Of a stretch of DNA of 64,000 nucleotides, positions 13,591 to 25,990 are shown one piece after another (within the stretch, counting starts at the first letter, position 1; each line of letters begins with the position of its first letter). Made by a program: the position numbers and the translations under genes. Below the pieces are notes generated by a model. That model ran no database searches, was not told the DNA's origin, and saw only the letters and a program-made list of their open reading frames with translations. The DNA lies in contig NC_086097.1 of assembly GCF_963921235.1 (NCBI RefSeq), positions 36,644,001-36,708,000 of the forward strand, given 5' to 3'. This DNA comes from Mobula hypostoma. Its lineage: Eukaryota.

Positions 13591-15107
13591 GAGCTCAACA
13601 CTATCCCAGACAAAGAAGCCCACTTGACTGACATACCACCGACCATGAAGTACATTCATTCCCCAGCACAGAAACATTTAGCAAAAGGTTAAAAGCCAAG
13701 TTCATCTTACTATGAGCACAAAAACAAGTTCAAATCACAATTTGTCTTAAAAGAAACATAACATGTCTTAGAATGATACGTCATACATCCGTACATTTAT
13801 TATCATTTATCATCTCAGCCCAAAATGTCGACTGTACTCTTTTCCATAAATGCTGCCTGGCCTGCTGAGCTCCTCCAGCATTTTGTGTGTGTTGCTTGGA
13901 CTTTCTCTTGTTTGTGGATACACTTATTATCTTCATGTTAGAGAAGAAGGTTTTAATGGATTGATGTTACTCTTAAAGATTTCTATCTGACTACCCACAG
14001 TACTTGCCATATTTTTCAAATTTTCCAAGAATCTTCGGAATCTTTCAATCAGTGAATTTATTTTCTTTTTCTTTTCATCACCTAAATAATCATCCTGATT
14101 TCAAGCACCCACTTCCATGTGCAATTGGCAGTACCAGATCAGCAGAAGAAGAAAGTACGAAAACTCTATCGGCCAATTGTGTTGGTCTCCTCTCTATCTA
14201 TTTACCTTCACTGGGCTTGGGTCTGTTCCTGTGCAATGTACAATTCACAAAGCCCAAAGAAATCCTAGTGTGTAGTGAATTAGGAGAATGAAATCTCTGA
14301 TTTAGTGAGCTTTTACATTCATTTACTAAACATTTTTAAGTACAATCTCTGCATTTTGTTGACAGCATTCTCAATAACAGGAAAGAATTTAAAACAGTAA
14401 AACTGGAAGGAATTTTAAGAATCTGCAATTAGGAAGGTAAAATCATTTATAAACAATTTTTTCCCTCATTCTTGTTTGATCTGTAAAAGTACCAGCAAAG
14501 CTTTGACTACTAGTTCAAGGTTGGTTCTCCCAAGTGCCCTAGGGAATGGACTGAATTCTTTCAGATCCTCTGTTTTGAATCGCATGGTGACATTTCTCTT
14601 ATTTTAACTGCCACACCCACATCCCTACACAGAGGAGCAGAACGGTGGCCAGAGGCAGTAAATGCTATGCACAATGCTATGCACCTACAGGACACATTCA
14701 TTCTCCAAGACCTAATACATAAGGATAGATGACATATTAAAAGTTCATTAAGTATTCATTTATCTAACACCTAAAACATCCAACCGTGACTGACAAACTG
14801 TGATTACAGAGAAGATCATTTTCACATAGTCAGCAGTGTCAATCAGGGATGACTTTGCTTTGAACTTGAGCAGCTTGAATATTTTGCAGAGTTTCAATCA
14901 CTGTGATCAGAGAAGATATTTGCAGCCAGATTGGTCTTCCCATGTGTCCTAGTCAATGGACATTTAGGATTTCAGATCTGTTCACACCAAAAGCACGTGA
15001 CCAATTTCCCAACCTCAGTAAGTCTCCAATTATGGGAAACTGTAGAGGAATTAACTTTACAGTTGACCAACAGGGATCCTCAATGTTAAATACGTATACA
15101 GTACAGA

Positions 15108-15420
15108 GAACATAGAACAGCACAGCACAGTATAGCCACTTCAACCCACAATGTTGAGCTGATATTTTAACCTGCTCTAAGATCAATATAACCCCTCCCT
15201 CCTACATAGCCCTCCATTTTTCAATCATCCACCTGCCTGTCTGAGAGTTTCTTAAATGTCCCTAATGTACTTGCATCTACCACCAGCCCTGGCAGGTCAG
15301 TCCACACACCCACCACTCTCTGTGTAAAGAACCTACTTCAGATATCCCCCTCTATACTTTCCTCTAATCATACTCCCTTGTAATTTGCCATTTCCACCTC
15401 AGGGAAAACGTCTCTGACTA
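15108..15420 (-). mobile_element. CR1-like 3' end
   Basis: Reverse complement resembles the CR1 tails at 1375 and 46620. Confidence 0.65.
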
Positions 15421-15625
15421 TGACAGCAAGCTGTGCAGAACAGATAAATCTAGAAACGTAAAGTACTTTAAATTGTGATCATTGAGTTACTCAAAGGCAA
15501 ATTTAACAGAGACAATGATTAATGAAAGCTCTTGTAGGAAAAATATGAAGATGATAATCCAGTAATTATTTATAATCAGCTGAATTCTGTGTTGGGATGG
15601 TAGGTTTATACTGGGCAGATGGGAT

Positions 15626-15872
15626 CGGATTTGAGTGCTCGGAGGAGAGCACCGATGCTTTTTTGCTGGTGGAGGAGTGGGAGAGGTCGTCGTCTTGTTG
15701 CTGCTTGTGTGTGGGAGGGGGGAGCCAGGGGGCATTGGGGTTCTAATGTTTAACTGTCATTCATTCTTTGGGGCACTCCTCTGTTTTCGTGGCTGTTTGT
15801 GAAGACAAAGAACTTCAGGATGTATATTGTATACATTTCCCTGACATTAAATGTACCTATTGAACCTATTGA
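15626..15872 (+). mobile_element. Short 5'-truncated non-LTR retroposon with tandem tail
   Basis: 9-bp TSD AGATGGGAT (15617..15625 and 15873..15881); tail (acctattga)x2. Confidence 0.75.
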
Positions 15873-16071
15873 AGATGGGATAAAAGTCCCAATTCATTTT
15901 CATTTACCGTTGAACATCCAGTAATTCAGTCCTCATATCGATCAACTCCATTAAGTCAAAATACAAAGAAATTCTTTTCTGAGTAGGATTTAAAAAGCCG
16001 GCATGTGGCTGGTTTTTCCAACCAACTCAAAGATGAAAATTAAGTAAATTATTTCAGGCCACTAGTTTCGC

Positions 16072-16360
16072 AGAATGAGAGTCAGGTTTATAGTCACTGA
16101 CATATGACGTGAAATTTGTCGTTTTCTGTCAGCAGTGCAGTGCAAGACATAAAATAACATGGCAAGTTCCAATAAAAAATATATAAATAGTACGGAAGAG
16201 GAATAGTAAGGTAGTGTTCATGGGTTCATTGACCTGTTCTGAAAATGTTGAGTGTGCGTCTTCAGGCTCCTGTGGCTCCTGTACCTCCTTCCTGATGGAA
16301 GTATTGAGAAGAGGGCTTGTGTAGGGTGGTGAGGGTCCTGCATGGTGATGGATGCAGTTT
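16072..16360 (-). mobile_element. Rex1/Babar 3' end
   Basis: Same tail family as 4444, 35714, 59448 and 62057. Confidence 0.65.
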
Positions 16361-17274
16361 CAATGAATGGGGAAGGCCATTTCAGGAAGTGAAGTAGTTA
16401 AAAACGTACTTCTCTCACAGTTTTCCCATCCCATACTTCCCCACCTATGGCATCGCTGATTTACACAGAATCAGAAAGTAGTGAAATTGGTGTAAAAAAC
16501 TGGTGTGACAGCAATCATGTTAGAGAAAAGTCTGTGATCCAATCATCTACATCTGGGCAGAGTGGAAGGGTACAGCACTGTTTACAATGATAATCCTTCT
16601 CTTGCTCTTGCATTTAATGGAGGCCAAACCCATAAAGGGTTGTGGAATTTTCTGAAAGCTTCTTAAACCAACTACATTATGGTGTGATTGGCCAGGCAAG
16701 CCTTTAGGATACACAGACACCAACAGCAACAGGAACTCTGCCAGCTGTAAAGCAGGAGCTCCTTACTAACGTTGGAACCGCTAGAAATGAGTCAAAATAA
16801 AAAGCCTACGCAGCACCAGTGTGAATCTTCGCATTCTGTAATTCCTGTATTTAGAAGTTTCATCCAGATAATGCCATCGTTCACAGTTCAGGCCCTGTTT
16901 TAAGCACAATGAGAACAAGCACTCATTCAGCAGGGGGTTGCTGAACACAATTGGTGTCCTTGTACCCTTAACCTACCAACTCCCTGCAAGCTCTTAGTAA
17001 CCACTTGGACTGATTCTGAATCTTCTATTCTAGTTAACATACAAAATGAATTTCATGTATCACATGATATCTACACACTTTGTCTTGACTTTGTAACTCA
17101 TCATCTTCATTATTTGTCATGTTGTATGGCGTAGGCAATCATGATCTCATCACCATAATTGTTCTTGGCAAATTTTTCTACAGAAGTGGTTTGCCATTGC
17201 CTGCTTCTGGGACTTTATAAATAAGCACTCATTGAGGCAGTTAACATTTTGTACCGCTGATCGGGTCAGGAGGA

Positions 17275-17945
17275 CCAAAATTCGAAGTAAATATCTGTCA
17301 CCATATACAACCCGGAGATTCGTTTTCTTGTCCAAGGACCATAATAGAAACAATGAAAGACAGTACCCAACAGGACGGACAACAACCAATGTTCAAAAGA
17401 CAACAAACTGTGCAAATACAAATGGCAATAAATATCAAGAACACGAGGTGAAGAGTTGTAGAAAGTGATTCCATAGGTTGCGGGATCATTTCAGTGATGG
17501 GGCAAGTGAAGTTGAGTGAGGTTATCCCCACTGGTTAAAGAACCTGATGGTTGAGGGGTAATAACTGTTCCTCAACCTGGTGATGTGGGTTCTGAGGCTC
17601 TTCTACCATCTTCATGATGGCAGCAGTGAGAAGAGAGCATGACCTGGGTGCTGGGGTCCTTGATGATGGATGCTGCTTCCTGCAACAGTGCTCCATGTAG
17701 AAGTGCTCAATGGCGGGGAGGCCTTTTTCCGCGATGGACTGGGCTGTATCCACTACTTTTTGTAGGATTTTTTATTCAAGGGTATTGGTGTTCTCTGTAC
17801 CAGGCCACGATGCAGCCAGTCAGTATACTCTCCACCACACATCTGTAGAGGTTTGTCAAATTTGTAGATGTCATGCCGAATCTTCACAAACTTCTATGGA
17901 AGTAGAGGCGCTGTGTAATTGCACTTACGTGCTGAGCCCAGGACC
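17275..17945 (-). mobile_element. Rex1/Babar 3' fragment
   Basis: MDTAQSIAEKGLPAIEHFYMEHC plus the family 3' UTR. Confidence 0.75.
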
Positions 17946-19099
17946 ACACGGGGAAAGTTAGTTCACACAAGGCCATAAATGAAAACTGCTGGAGTATTGT
18001 TCTTAGTGATATTTTATGCCTGGAGAAGGCCTATAGGGATCCTTCAAACTCTCCAATTACAGGTTTCTAACATTAATGGATTCCTTTATTTGCTCAGGTC
18101 TGTGCAAGGAGATGCAAAGACTCTCATTACTTTTAGTGGCTAAAGAGTAGCAAAGTAAATGGAAAATTCCAACATTTAAATTACAAAAGGATATAAAAAT
18201 GGCATGCTCACATTACAACACTAGGATGAATGTCAAAAGGATTAGATTTAAGACCCATTAACTAGATTGGACTCAAGCAATAATTGAAGAAACGCTGTCT
18301 TATTAAACGCTGGCTATTGGATTCAACCCCATTGCTGCATTGTAGAAATGAGTGCATGTGTTGTATTACCTTTGTTTGGATATAAAGATATTAATCCAGT
18401 TGGAAAGGAGAAGGATTATGCGAAGGCAAAAGCACTTTTAGTAACCAGTAGAATAATATCTCCACAGCTGAATGAAAAGCTAATATGTGTTTTCTTGTTT
18501 AACATATTGACTCCAAGTTGATAATCAGTGTCCGCAGAAATGAAAACTAGCTCCACTCCTCAAATTATACCCTTTACTAGCTTATTCTGTGAGCCACTGG
18601 TAAATATTCGAATTAGTGGCACAGAATCCCAGAGAAAGGTTCCCTTCCCGTCTTCTGGCAGCCAGCTGGTGACAGTTTATAATAAGCTGGAGGCACAATC
18701 TTGTTGGAACCAGCATCAGTCGAAAGAACAACAATTAATTTTCCTGGGGCTCACTCGCCTGCTAAATTAGCTTTGGAGATATTCAGCCGCTCAAGTGACA
18801 TCTGCCAACTTATTCCTTTTTCTTTGACCGAAGCAGAAAATTGTTACTGTACACATCAGGAGGGCAAGAAGCATCCCTTATGTTGCTTTCAATCAACATG
18901 GGTTTGACACTTACGGTCACCGTCAGACTCTCAGGAACTTGAAAAGGGAGCAACCCCTAAAGACAGCAAGCTGATTAATCTGTAACCTGGAACTGCTGGG
19001 CCTACAGTTCTTGCAGTTAAGTCTACATGACTTTCCATGTCATGGAGTACGGCCGCCACATAGCTGGAATCAGTGGATAGTAGAACCTCGAGTCTGGTG

Positions 19100-19300
19100 C
19101 TTTCATTTACTTATTTATTGAGATACAGTGCAGAATTCGATCCACGTCGCCCAGCAATCCCCCGATTTAACTGCAGCCTAATCACAGAACAATTTACAAT
19201 GACCAATTAACCTACCAACCGGTACATCCTTGATCTGTGGGTGAAAACCCACGTGGTCACGAGGAGAACGTACAGATTCCTTACAGACAGTGGTGGGAGT
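19100..19300 (-). mobile_element. V-SINE-like fragment
   Basis: Reverse complement of the SINE at 43636..43894 (ctgtaaggaa...ggtaggttaattggtcattgtaaattg...gtatctcaataaataa). Confidence 0.7.
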
Positions 19301-19994
19301 CTGCTGCTGCTTAATTTTCTGCACCATCAGTGGTATAGAGACTGGAACTAATTTACAGAGGAACATATATATTTAAGTAAACTCAATTAATCTCTCTGGA
19401 ATATAAAATATATCCTGATTTGAATCTTTTCATTGTCCAATCTATGCATCTTAATTAATGAAGTCAATTAGATAATTAGTGTAGAAAGGTGTATATAAAG
19501 GTTGGAATGCACCGGTAGTAACATCAACCTGCAAACAGGTACATTGCATCATTCTCAGGACAGTTAAATAAGTACATCAGAAACCTGAACAACTAAGGTT
19601 TAGACCTGATATTAGTTGAGCTTTATTCTTGATACTAGCTGAGCATTGAATCAAGAGCAAACTGAATCTGTGAGGTAATGTATAGAATAGGACAATAATT
19701 CAGTATAGTAACCCATGTCACCTCACCATGGCGATGCAAGTTAACTTCCATTGTAACGAAAACTGAGATTTACCACCAATCTTCCTCCATCATTTAAATC
19801 CAAAACAGGCTCCGGACAGTTAAAAGAATAATGGCCTTAGCACCTCTACATCATGTTAATTTTTATTATCATGTGCAACACCAAAGGACATTTGCCAGTT
19901 GCCCTTGCACAGTAATATGAGAACTATTCATCCAGAAAAGAGCCTGAAAGAAATAGGTTTAATAAGATTGTTTGGTCAAATGCAGTTCTCTTTA

Positions 19995-20460
19995 GAGTCA
20001 CGGACCACTGCGGCACAGAAACAAGCCCTTCAGCCCATAGCCAAACTATTATTGCTTAGTCGCAGCGACCCACACCTGGACCATAGCCCACCATACCTCT
20101 CCCATCCACGTACCTATCCAAGCTTCTCTTAAATGTTGCAATTTTATCTGCATCCACCACTTCCACTAGCAGCTTGTTCCACACTCTAAGCACCCTCTGA
20201 GTTTCTCATGTTCCCCTTAAACATTTCACTTTTCACCCTTAACCTATGATCTCTAGTTCTGGTCTCACCCAACTTCAGTGGAAAACACCTTCTTCCAGTT
20301 ATTCTATCTATACCCCTCACCTCTATCAAATCTCCCTTTATTCTCTTACACTCCAGGGGAAAAAAAGTCCTAACCTATTCTACTTTTCTATAACTCAGGT
20401 TCTTAAGTCCTAGTAACGTCCTTGTAAATGTTCTCTGTACTTTTTCATTTTTATTGATAT
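19995..20460 (-). mobile_element. CR1-like 3' fragment
   Basis: Reverse complement similar to 50100..50540. Confidence 0.65.
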
Positions 20461-20764
20461 CTTGTGGGAACTTGAATGAATCTGACAATAATCTTTCCCT
20501 CAATGTCAGCAAAACAAAAGATTATTATGGTTATTGACTTCAGGAAGGGGGGAGGTGCACGTGCTCCTGTTTACATCAATGGTGTTCAGGTCAAGGGGGC
20601 CAGAGCTTCAAATTCCTAGGAGTGAGTATCAGCAACAGCCACGTAGATGCTACGGGCAAGAAAGCTCACTGATGACTCTACTTCCTCAAGAGGCTAAAAA
20701 AATTCAGCATGTCCTTATTAACGTTAACAATTTTTATTCATGCACCATGGAGAGCATCCTATCT

Positions 20765-23700
20765 GTAATAAACCAGACTTGATAAAGGAGCATAAAGTAA
20801 AGAAGCTCTTAGGAGGTAATGATCATAATACAACAGAATTCACCCTGCAGTTTGAAAGGAAGAAGCTAAAGTCAGATGTATCAGTATTACTGTGGAGTAA
20901 AAGGAATCACAGAGGCATGACAGAGGAGGAGGCCAAAGTTGAGTGGAAGGGAACACTAGCAAGGATGATGGCAGAGCAGCAATGGCTGGAGTTTCTGGGA
21001 ACAATTTGGAAGATATTGGATAGATACATCCCAAAGGAGTACTCTGACTGAACACGAGGCAACCGTAGCTGACAAGGAAAGTCAAAGACAGCATAAAAGA
21101 AAAAGAGAGGGCATATAATATAACAAAAATTAGAGGGAAGTAAAAGGAGTGTGATGCTTTTAAAAACACAGAAGGCAACTAAATAGCAATAAGAAGAAAA
21201 AGATGAAATATGAAGATAAGCCAGACAGTAATATAAAGGAGGATACCAAAAGTTTGTCTTCTCAGATACAGTATATAGAGTAAAAGAGAGGCTTATCATC
21301 AGACGGCTGGAAATGATATTAGTAATAGGGGACAAAGAAATGGTGGATGAATATCACTGTTGAAGAGACCAGCAGTATGTCAGAAATTCAAGAGTGTCAG
21401 GAGGCAGAAGTGACTAAGGAAATGGTGCAAGGGAAGCTGAAAGGTCTGAAGGTAGCTAAGTCACCTGGTTCAGATGGACTACACCCCAGGGTTCTGAAGG
21501 AGGTAGCTAAAGAGATTGTGGAGGCATAAGTAACGATCTTTCAAGAATCACTAGATTCTGGAATGGTTCTAGAGGACTGGAAAATTGCAAATGTCACTCT
21601 ACTGTTTAAGAAGGGAGGGAGGCAAAGGAAAGGAACTTATAGGCTAGTTAATAATGGACTCGAACCATAATCAGATTAGTTAGCCTGACCTCAGTAGTTG
21701 GAAAGATGTTGGAGTCTATTAATGCTAACATTTCCGCGTACTTCAAGGCACATGTTAGAATAGGCCAAAGTCAACATGATTTTCTTAAGGTGAGGTCTTG
21801 CTTGACAAATCTGTTGGAATTATTTGAAGAAATAACAGAGAGGATAGACAAAGGAGAGTCAGTGGATGTTAGTTACTTGAATTTTCAGAAGGCATTTCAC
21901 AAGATGCCACAAATAAGACTGCTGAACAAGATCAGAGCCCCTGGTATTACAGTAAAGAAACTAGCAGTAAAGATTGGCTGATCGGCTGCAGGCAAAGAGT
22001 GAGCCTTTCCTGGTTGGCTGCTGGTGACTAACGATGTTCCACAAGAGTGAGTGCTAAGACCGCTTCTTTTGACATTATGTGTCAATGATTTGGATGAAGG
22101 AAGTGTTGAGGAAACAGGGAGCCTGCAGAAGGATTTATACCGCTTAGGAGAAAGAGCAAGGAAGTGGCAGAAGGAATACAGTGCAGGGAAGAGTATGGTC
22201 ATGCACTTTGATAGAAAAACAGAGGTGTAGAGTTAGAAATACAGGTGTATTTTCTAAATGGGAAGAAAGTTCAGAAAACTGAGGTGCAAAGGGACTTAGG
22301 AGTCCTCATGCAGACTCCCTAAAGATTAACTTACAGATGAGTCAGTAGTAAGGATGGCAAATGTAATGTTAGTATTCAGTATGAGAGAACTAGAATATTA
22401 AAGCAAGGATATAGTGCTGAGCCTTCATTGGGTGTTGTTCAGACTGCACTTAGAATATTGTGGTTAGCTTTGAGCCCCTTATCTAAAAAAAAGATGTGCT
22501 GGTATTGGAGAGAGTCCAAAAGAGATTCATGAGAATGATTCCAGGAACGAATGGGTTAATGTATTAGGAAAATTTGATGACTTTGGGCCTATACTCACCG
22601 GAATTTAGAAGAATAGGTTGGGGGGGGGGGCCTCACTGAAACCTATTGGATATTGAAAGGCCTAGATAGAATGGATACATAAACAGAGGAGTTTATGACC
22701 AGAGGACACAGTCTCAGACTACAGGAACGTTCACTTACAACAGAGATGAAGAAGAATTCTTTTAGCCAGAGGGTAGTGAATCTGTAAAATTAATTGCTCA
22801 GACAGTTGTGGATGCCAAGTCATTGTGTATATTTAAAGCAGGGGTTGATAGGTTCAAATTTCAAAGTAAATTTATTATCAAAGTACATATGTGTCACCTT
22901 ATACAACCATGAGATTTATTATCTTGCGTGCAATCATAGTTAATTCAAGAAACACAATAGAATCAATGAAAGACTATACTCAACAGGACAGACAACAAAT
23001 AATGTGCAAAACAGATCAAATACAAAAAGAAAAAATAATAATAATTTAATTAAATGCAATAAATATCAAAAACATGAGATGAAGAGGTCTTGAAAGTGAG
23101 TCCATAGGTTGTGAAAATAGTTCAGTGATGGGGCAAGTGAAGTTGAGTGAAGCTATCCACTGGTTCAAGAGCCTGATGGTTGTGGGGTAATAACTATTCT
23201 TGTATCTGGAGGAGTGAGTCCTGAGGCTCCTGTACTTTTTTCCTGATGGCAGCAGCGAGAAGAGAGCGGGGACTGGATGTTGGGGTCCTTAATGATGGAT
23301 GCTGCTTTCCTGCAAATGCACTCTGTGTAGATATGCACAATGGTGGGGAGGGCCAGGACCAGGCCATATCCATTACTGGTATGCTTTTCCTTACAATGGC
23401 ATTGGTGTTTCCATACCAGGCTGTGATGCTACCAATCAATACACCCTCCACCACATGTCTAGAGAAGTTTGTCAAAGTTTCAAAAGCCATGTCAAATATT
23501 TGCAAACTTTTAAGAAAGTAGAGGTGCTGCCATGCTTTCTTCATAATGGCACTTATGTTCTAGACCCAGGACAGATCCTCTGAAATGATAACACCAAGGA
23601 ACTTAAAGTTGCAGAGCATCTCCACCTCTGGTCAATGGTCAACAATCATCTCCTTGTTCTTATTGACATTCAGTATGAGATTGTTGTTGTGGCACCTCTG

Positions 23701-24220
23701 CCAGATTTTCAATCTCCCACCTATACACTGATTCATCATCATCACCAGTGGTGTCATCAGCAAACTTAAATATGGCATCAGAGCTGTGCTTAGCCGTGCT
23801 TAGTCTCACAGTCATACGTATAAAGTAATTAGAGTGGAGGACTAAGCACATACCTGACCCCCACAGGTACACCTGTGCTGAGGGAGATTGTGGAGGAGAT
23901 ATCGTTGGCAATCCTAACCGACTAGAGTCTGCAAGTGATGAAATTGGGAATCTATTTGCACAAAGAGATATTGAGACCTGGGACTTGAAGGTTATTGATT
24001 CGTTTTGAGAGGATGATGGTGTTGAATGCTGAACTGTAGTCAATGAAGAGCATCTTGATGTATGCATAGTTGCTGTCCAGATGTTCCAGGATTGAGTGAG
24101 AGCTTCAAACATTTCAGGAAGAGGGTAGGAGAATAAGGATTGAGAGAGATAATAAATCAGGCATGATGGAATGGTGGAGAAGACTCGATGGGCCAAATGG
24201 CCTAATTTTGTTCCTATATT
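20765..24220 (+). mobile_element. Degraded CR1 LINE ORF2, interrupted near its 3' end by Rex1
   Basis: KSPGSDGLHPRVLKEVAKEI and SCLTNLLELFEEIT...NFQKAFHKMP; the tail resumes at about 24105. Confidence 0.85.
22853..24100 (-). mobile_element. Rex1/Babar LINE fragment
   Basis: AIFKFADDTT and KKAWQHLYFLKSL...ITAWYGN; TTTGAA-type tail. Confidence 0.8.
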
Positions 24221-24223
24221 ATG

Positions 24224-24856
24224 ATTATGATTATGAAGACACGCAGTCCCCTTTTATTGTCATTTAGTAATGCATGCATTAAGAAATGATAATATGTTTT
24301 CTCCAGAATGATATCATGAAAACACATGACAAACCACCTTAAAAACTAACAAAAACCACATAATTATAATGTATAGTTACAACAGTGCAAAGCAATACCG
24401 TAACTTGATAAGAACAGACCATTGCACAGTAGAAGTCTCAAAATCTCTCGAAAGTCCCATCATCTCACGCAGACGGTAAACCTTCAGCGCCGCTAATTTG
24501 CCGATGCAGCATCCCGGAAGCATCCGACCACAGTCCGACTCTGAATCCGTCTGAAAATTCTGAGCCTCCGACCACCTCTTTAGCACCGAGCACCATCTCT
24601 GCCGAGCGTTTCGGCCCCGGCAACAGGCGACAGGCAAAGCCAAGGATTTAGGGCCTTCTTTTCTGGAGATTCTTGATCGCACAGTAGCAGCGGCAGCAGA
24701 GCAGGCATTTCAGAAGTTACTCCAGATGTTCCTCTGCACCTCTCACGGCTGTCTCCATCAAATCCGGATTGTGCACGGCACCCTAGTTACACATCTCGAT
24801 ATCATTCCGAACGGCTGCGCGCACTGCGTCGCGCCACCATCTTCTCCTCCCTCCTT
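24224..24856 (-). mobile_element. Young CpG-rich non-coding retroposon (SINE-like) inserted in a CR1 tail
   Basis: TTATG duplicated at 24219 and 24857; 5' end GGAGGAGAAGATGGTGGCG; AATAAA followed by a (CATAAT)n tail; CpG retained. Confidence 0.7.
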
Positions 24857-24869
24857 TTATGGTCTTATA

Positions 24870-25990
24870 ACAGCTTAGTATGGAATCTGCTCTGCATGTG
24901 ACCACAAGAAACCGTGGAGCTGTAGACACTTCTCAGCACACCATGGGAACCAGCCTCTGTCTATAGTTCTTGCTGTATTGGTAAGGCAGCCAGCTTAATC
25001 AAATTCCCCACCCACCCCCGACATACTCACTTGAATCAGGCAGAAGATACAAGAGCCTGAAAGCATGCACCACCAGGTGCAAGGACTGCTTGTATTCTTT
25101 ATAAGACTTTTAACTGGACACTGGACATTGACCTTGCCATCTACCTCGTTAAGACCTTGCATCTTATTGCTTATCTGCACTGCACTGTCCCTGGAGATGT
25201 TACACTTTATCTGTGTTGTTATTCTTTTACCTTATTCAACCGCAGTGAACTGTGTAATGATCAGATCTGTATGCAGAGTATGCAAGACAAGCTTTTCAAT
25301 AATAAACCAATTCCAAGCATCAAAATGTCTCACAATTTCAAATATTTATCTTTAATTTCCTATTAGCTTTTTCTGCCTCTGGTAAGGTTAGATCCAAGTC
25401 TTCCCTCAAGTGCATAACAGGATGATGTGCAGAAGGATGGCGAGGTAGCACTGGAGTATGGTGGATTGTTTACAACTGGAAAGAGTAAAGAGCAGAAAAG
25501 TTCAGATAGGTGGAAAGGCCAGGGTGAAGCACAGGCTGACTACCTTAGAAATTCTTCTGTGGCTTTGAATACATTTACGTTGAGCACTGCCACAAGAAAA
25601 CAATATTCATCATCAAAGACTCCTAGCATCCAGCACATGCTCTTTTCTCACTACTACCATCTGGCAGGAGATAAGAGAAACCTCAGGTCCCACGCGACCA
25701 GGTTCAAAACCAGTTATTACCCTGAAACCATCAAGCTCCTGAACTCGTGTGGATAATTTTATTTACCACCACAATGAACTGATTCCATCACTTACAACTC
25801 ACATTCTCCATATTACTTTTATTTGGACAGTTTGTCTTCTTTTGCATACTGGTTGTTCATTAGCCTTTGACTGTATATGTACGGTGTTTCAGAAATTCTC
25901 TCGTGTTTCTTTTTTTGCTTAATGCCTGCAAGAAGATGAATCTTGAGGTATCATATGGTAACATACAAGTACGTTAATGTTTAAAGTTCA
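24870..25990 (+). mobile_element. Two Rex1/Babar 3' fragments (about 24870..25310 and 25580..25990)
   Basis: LRSHATRFKTSYYPETIKLLN C-terminal motif and family 3' UTRs. Confidence 0.6.
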
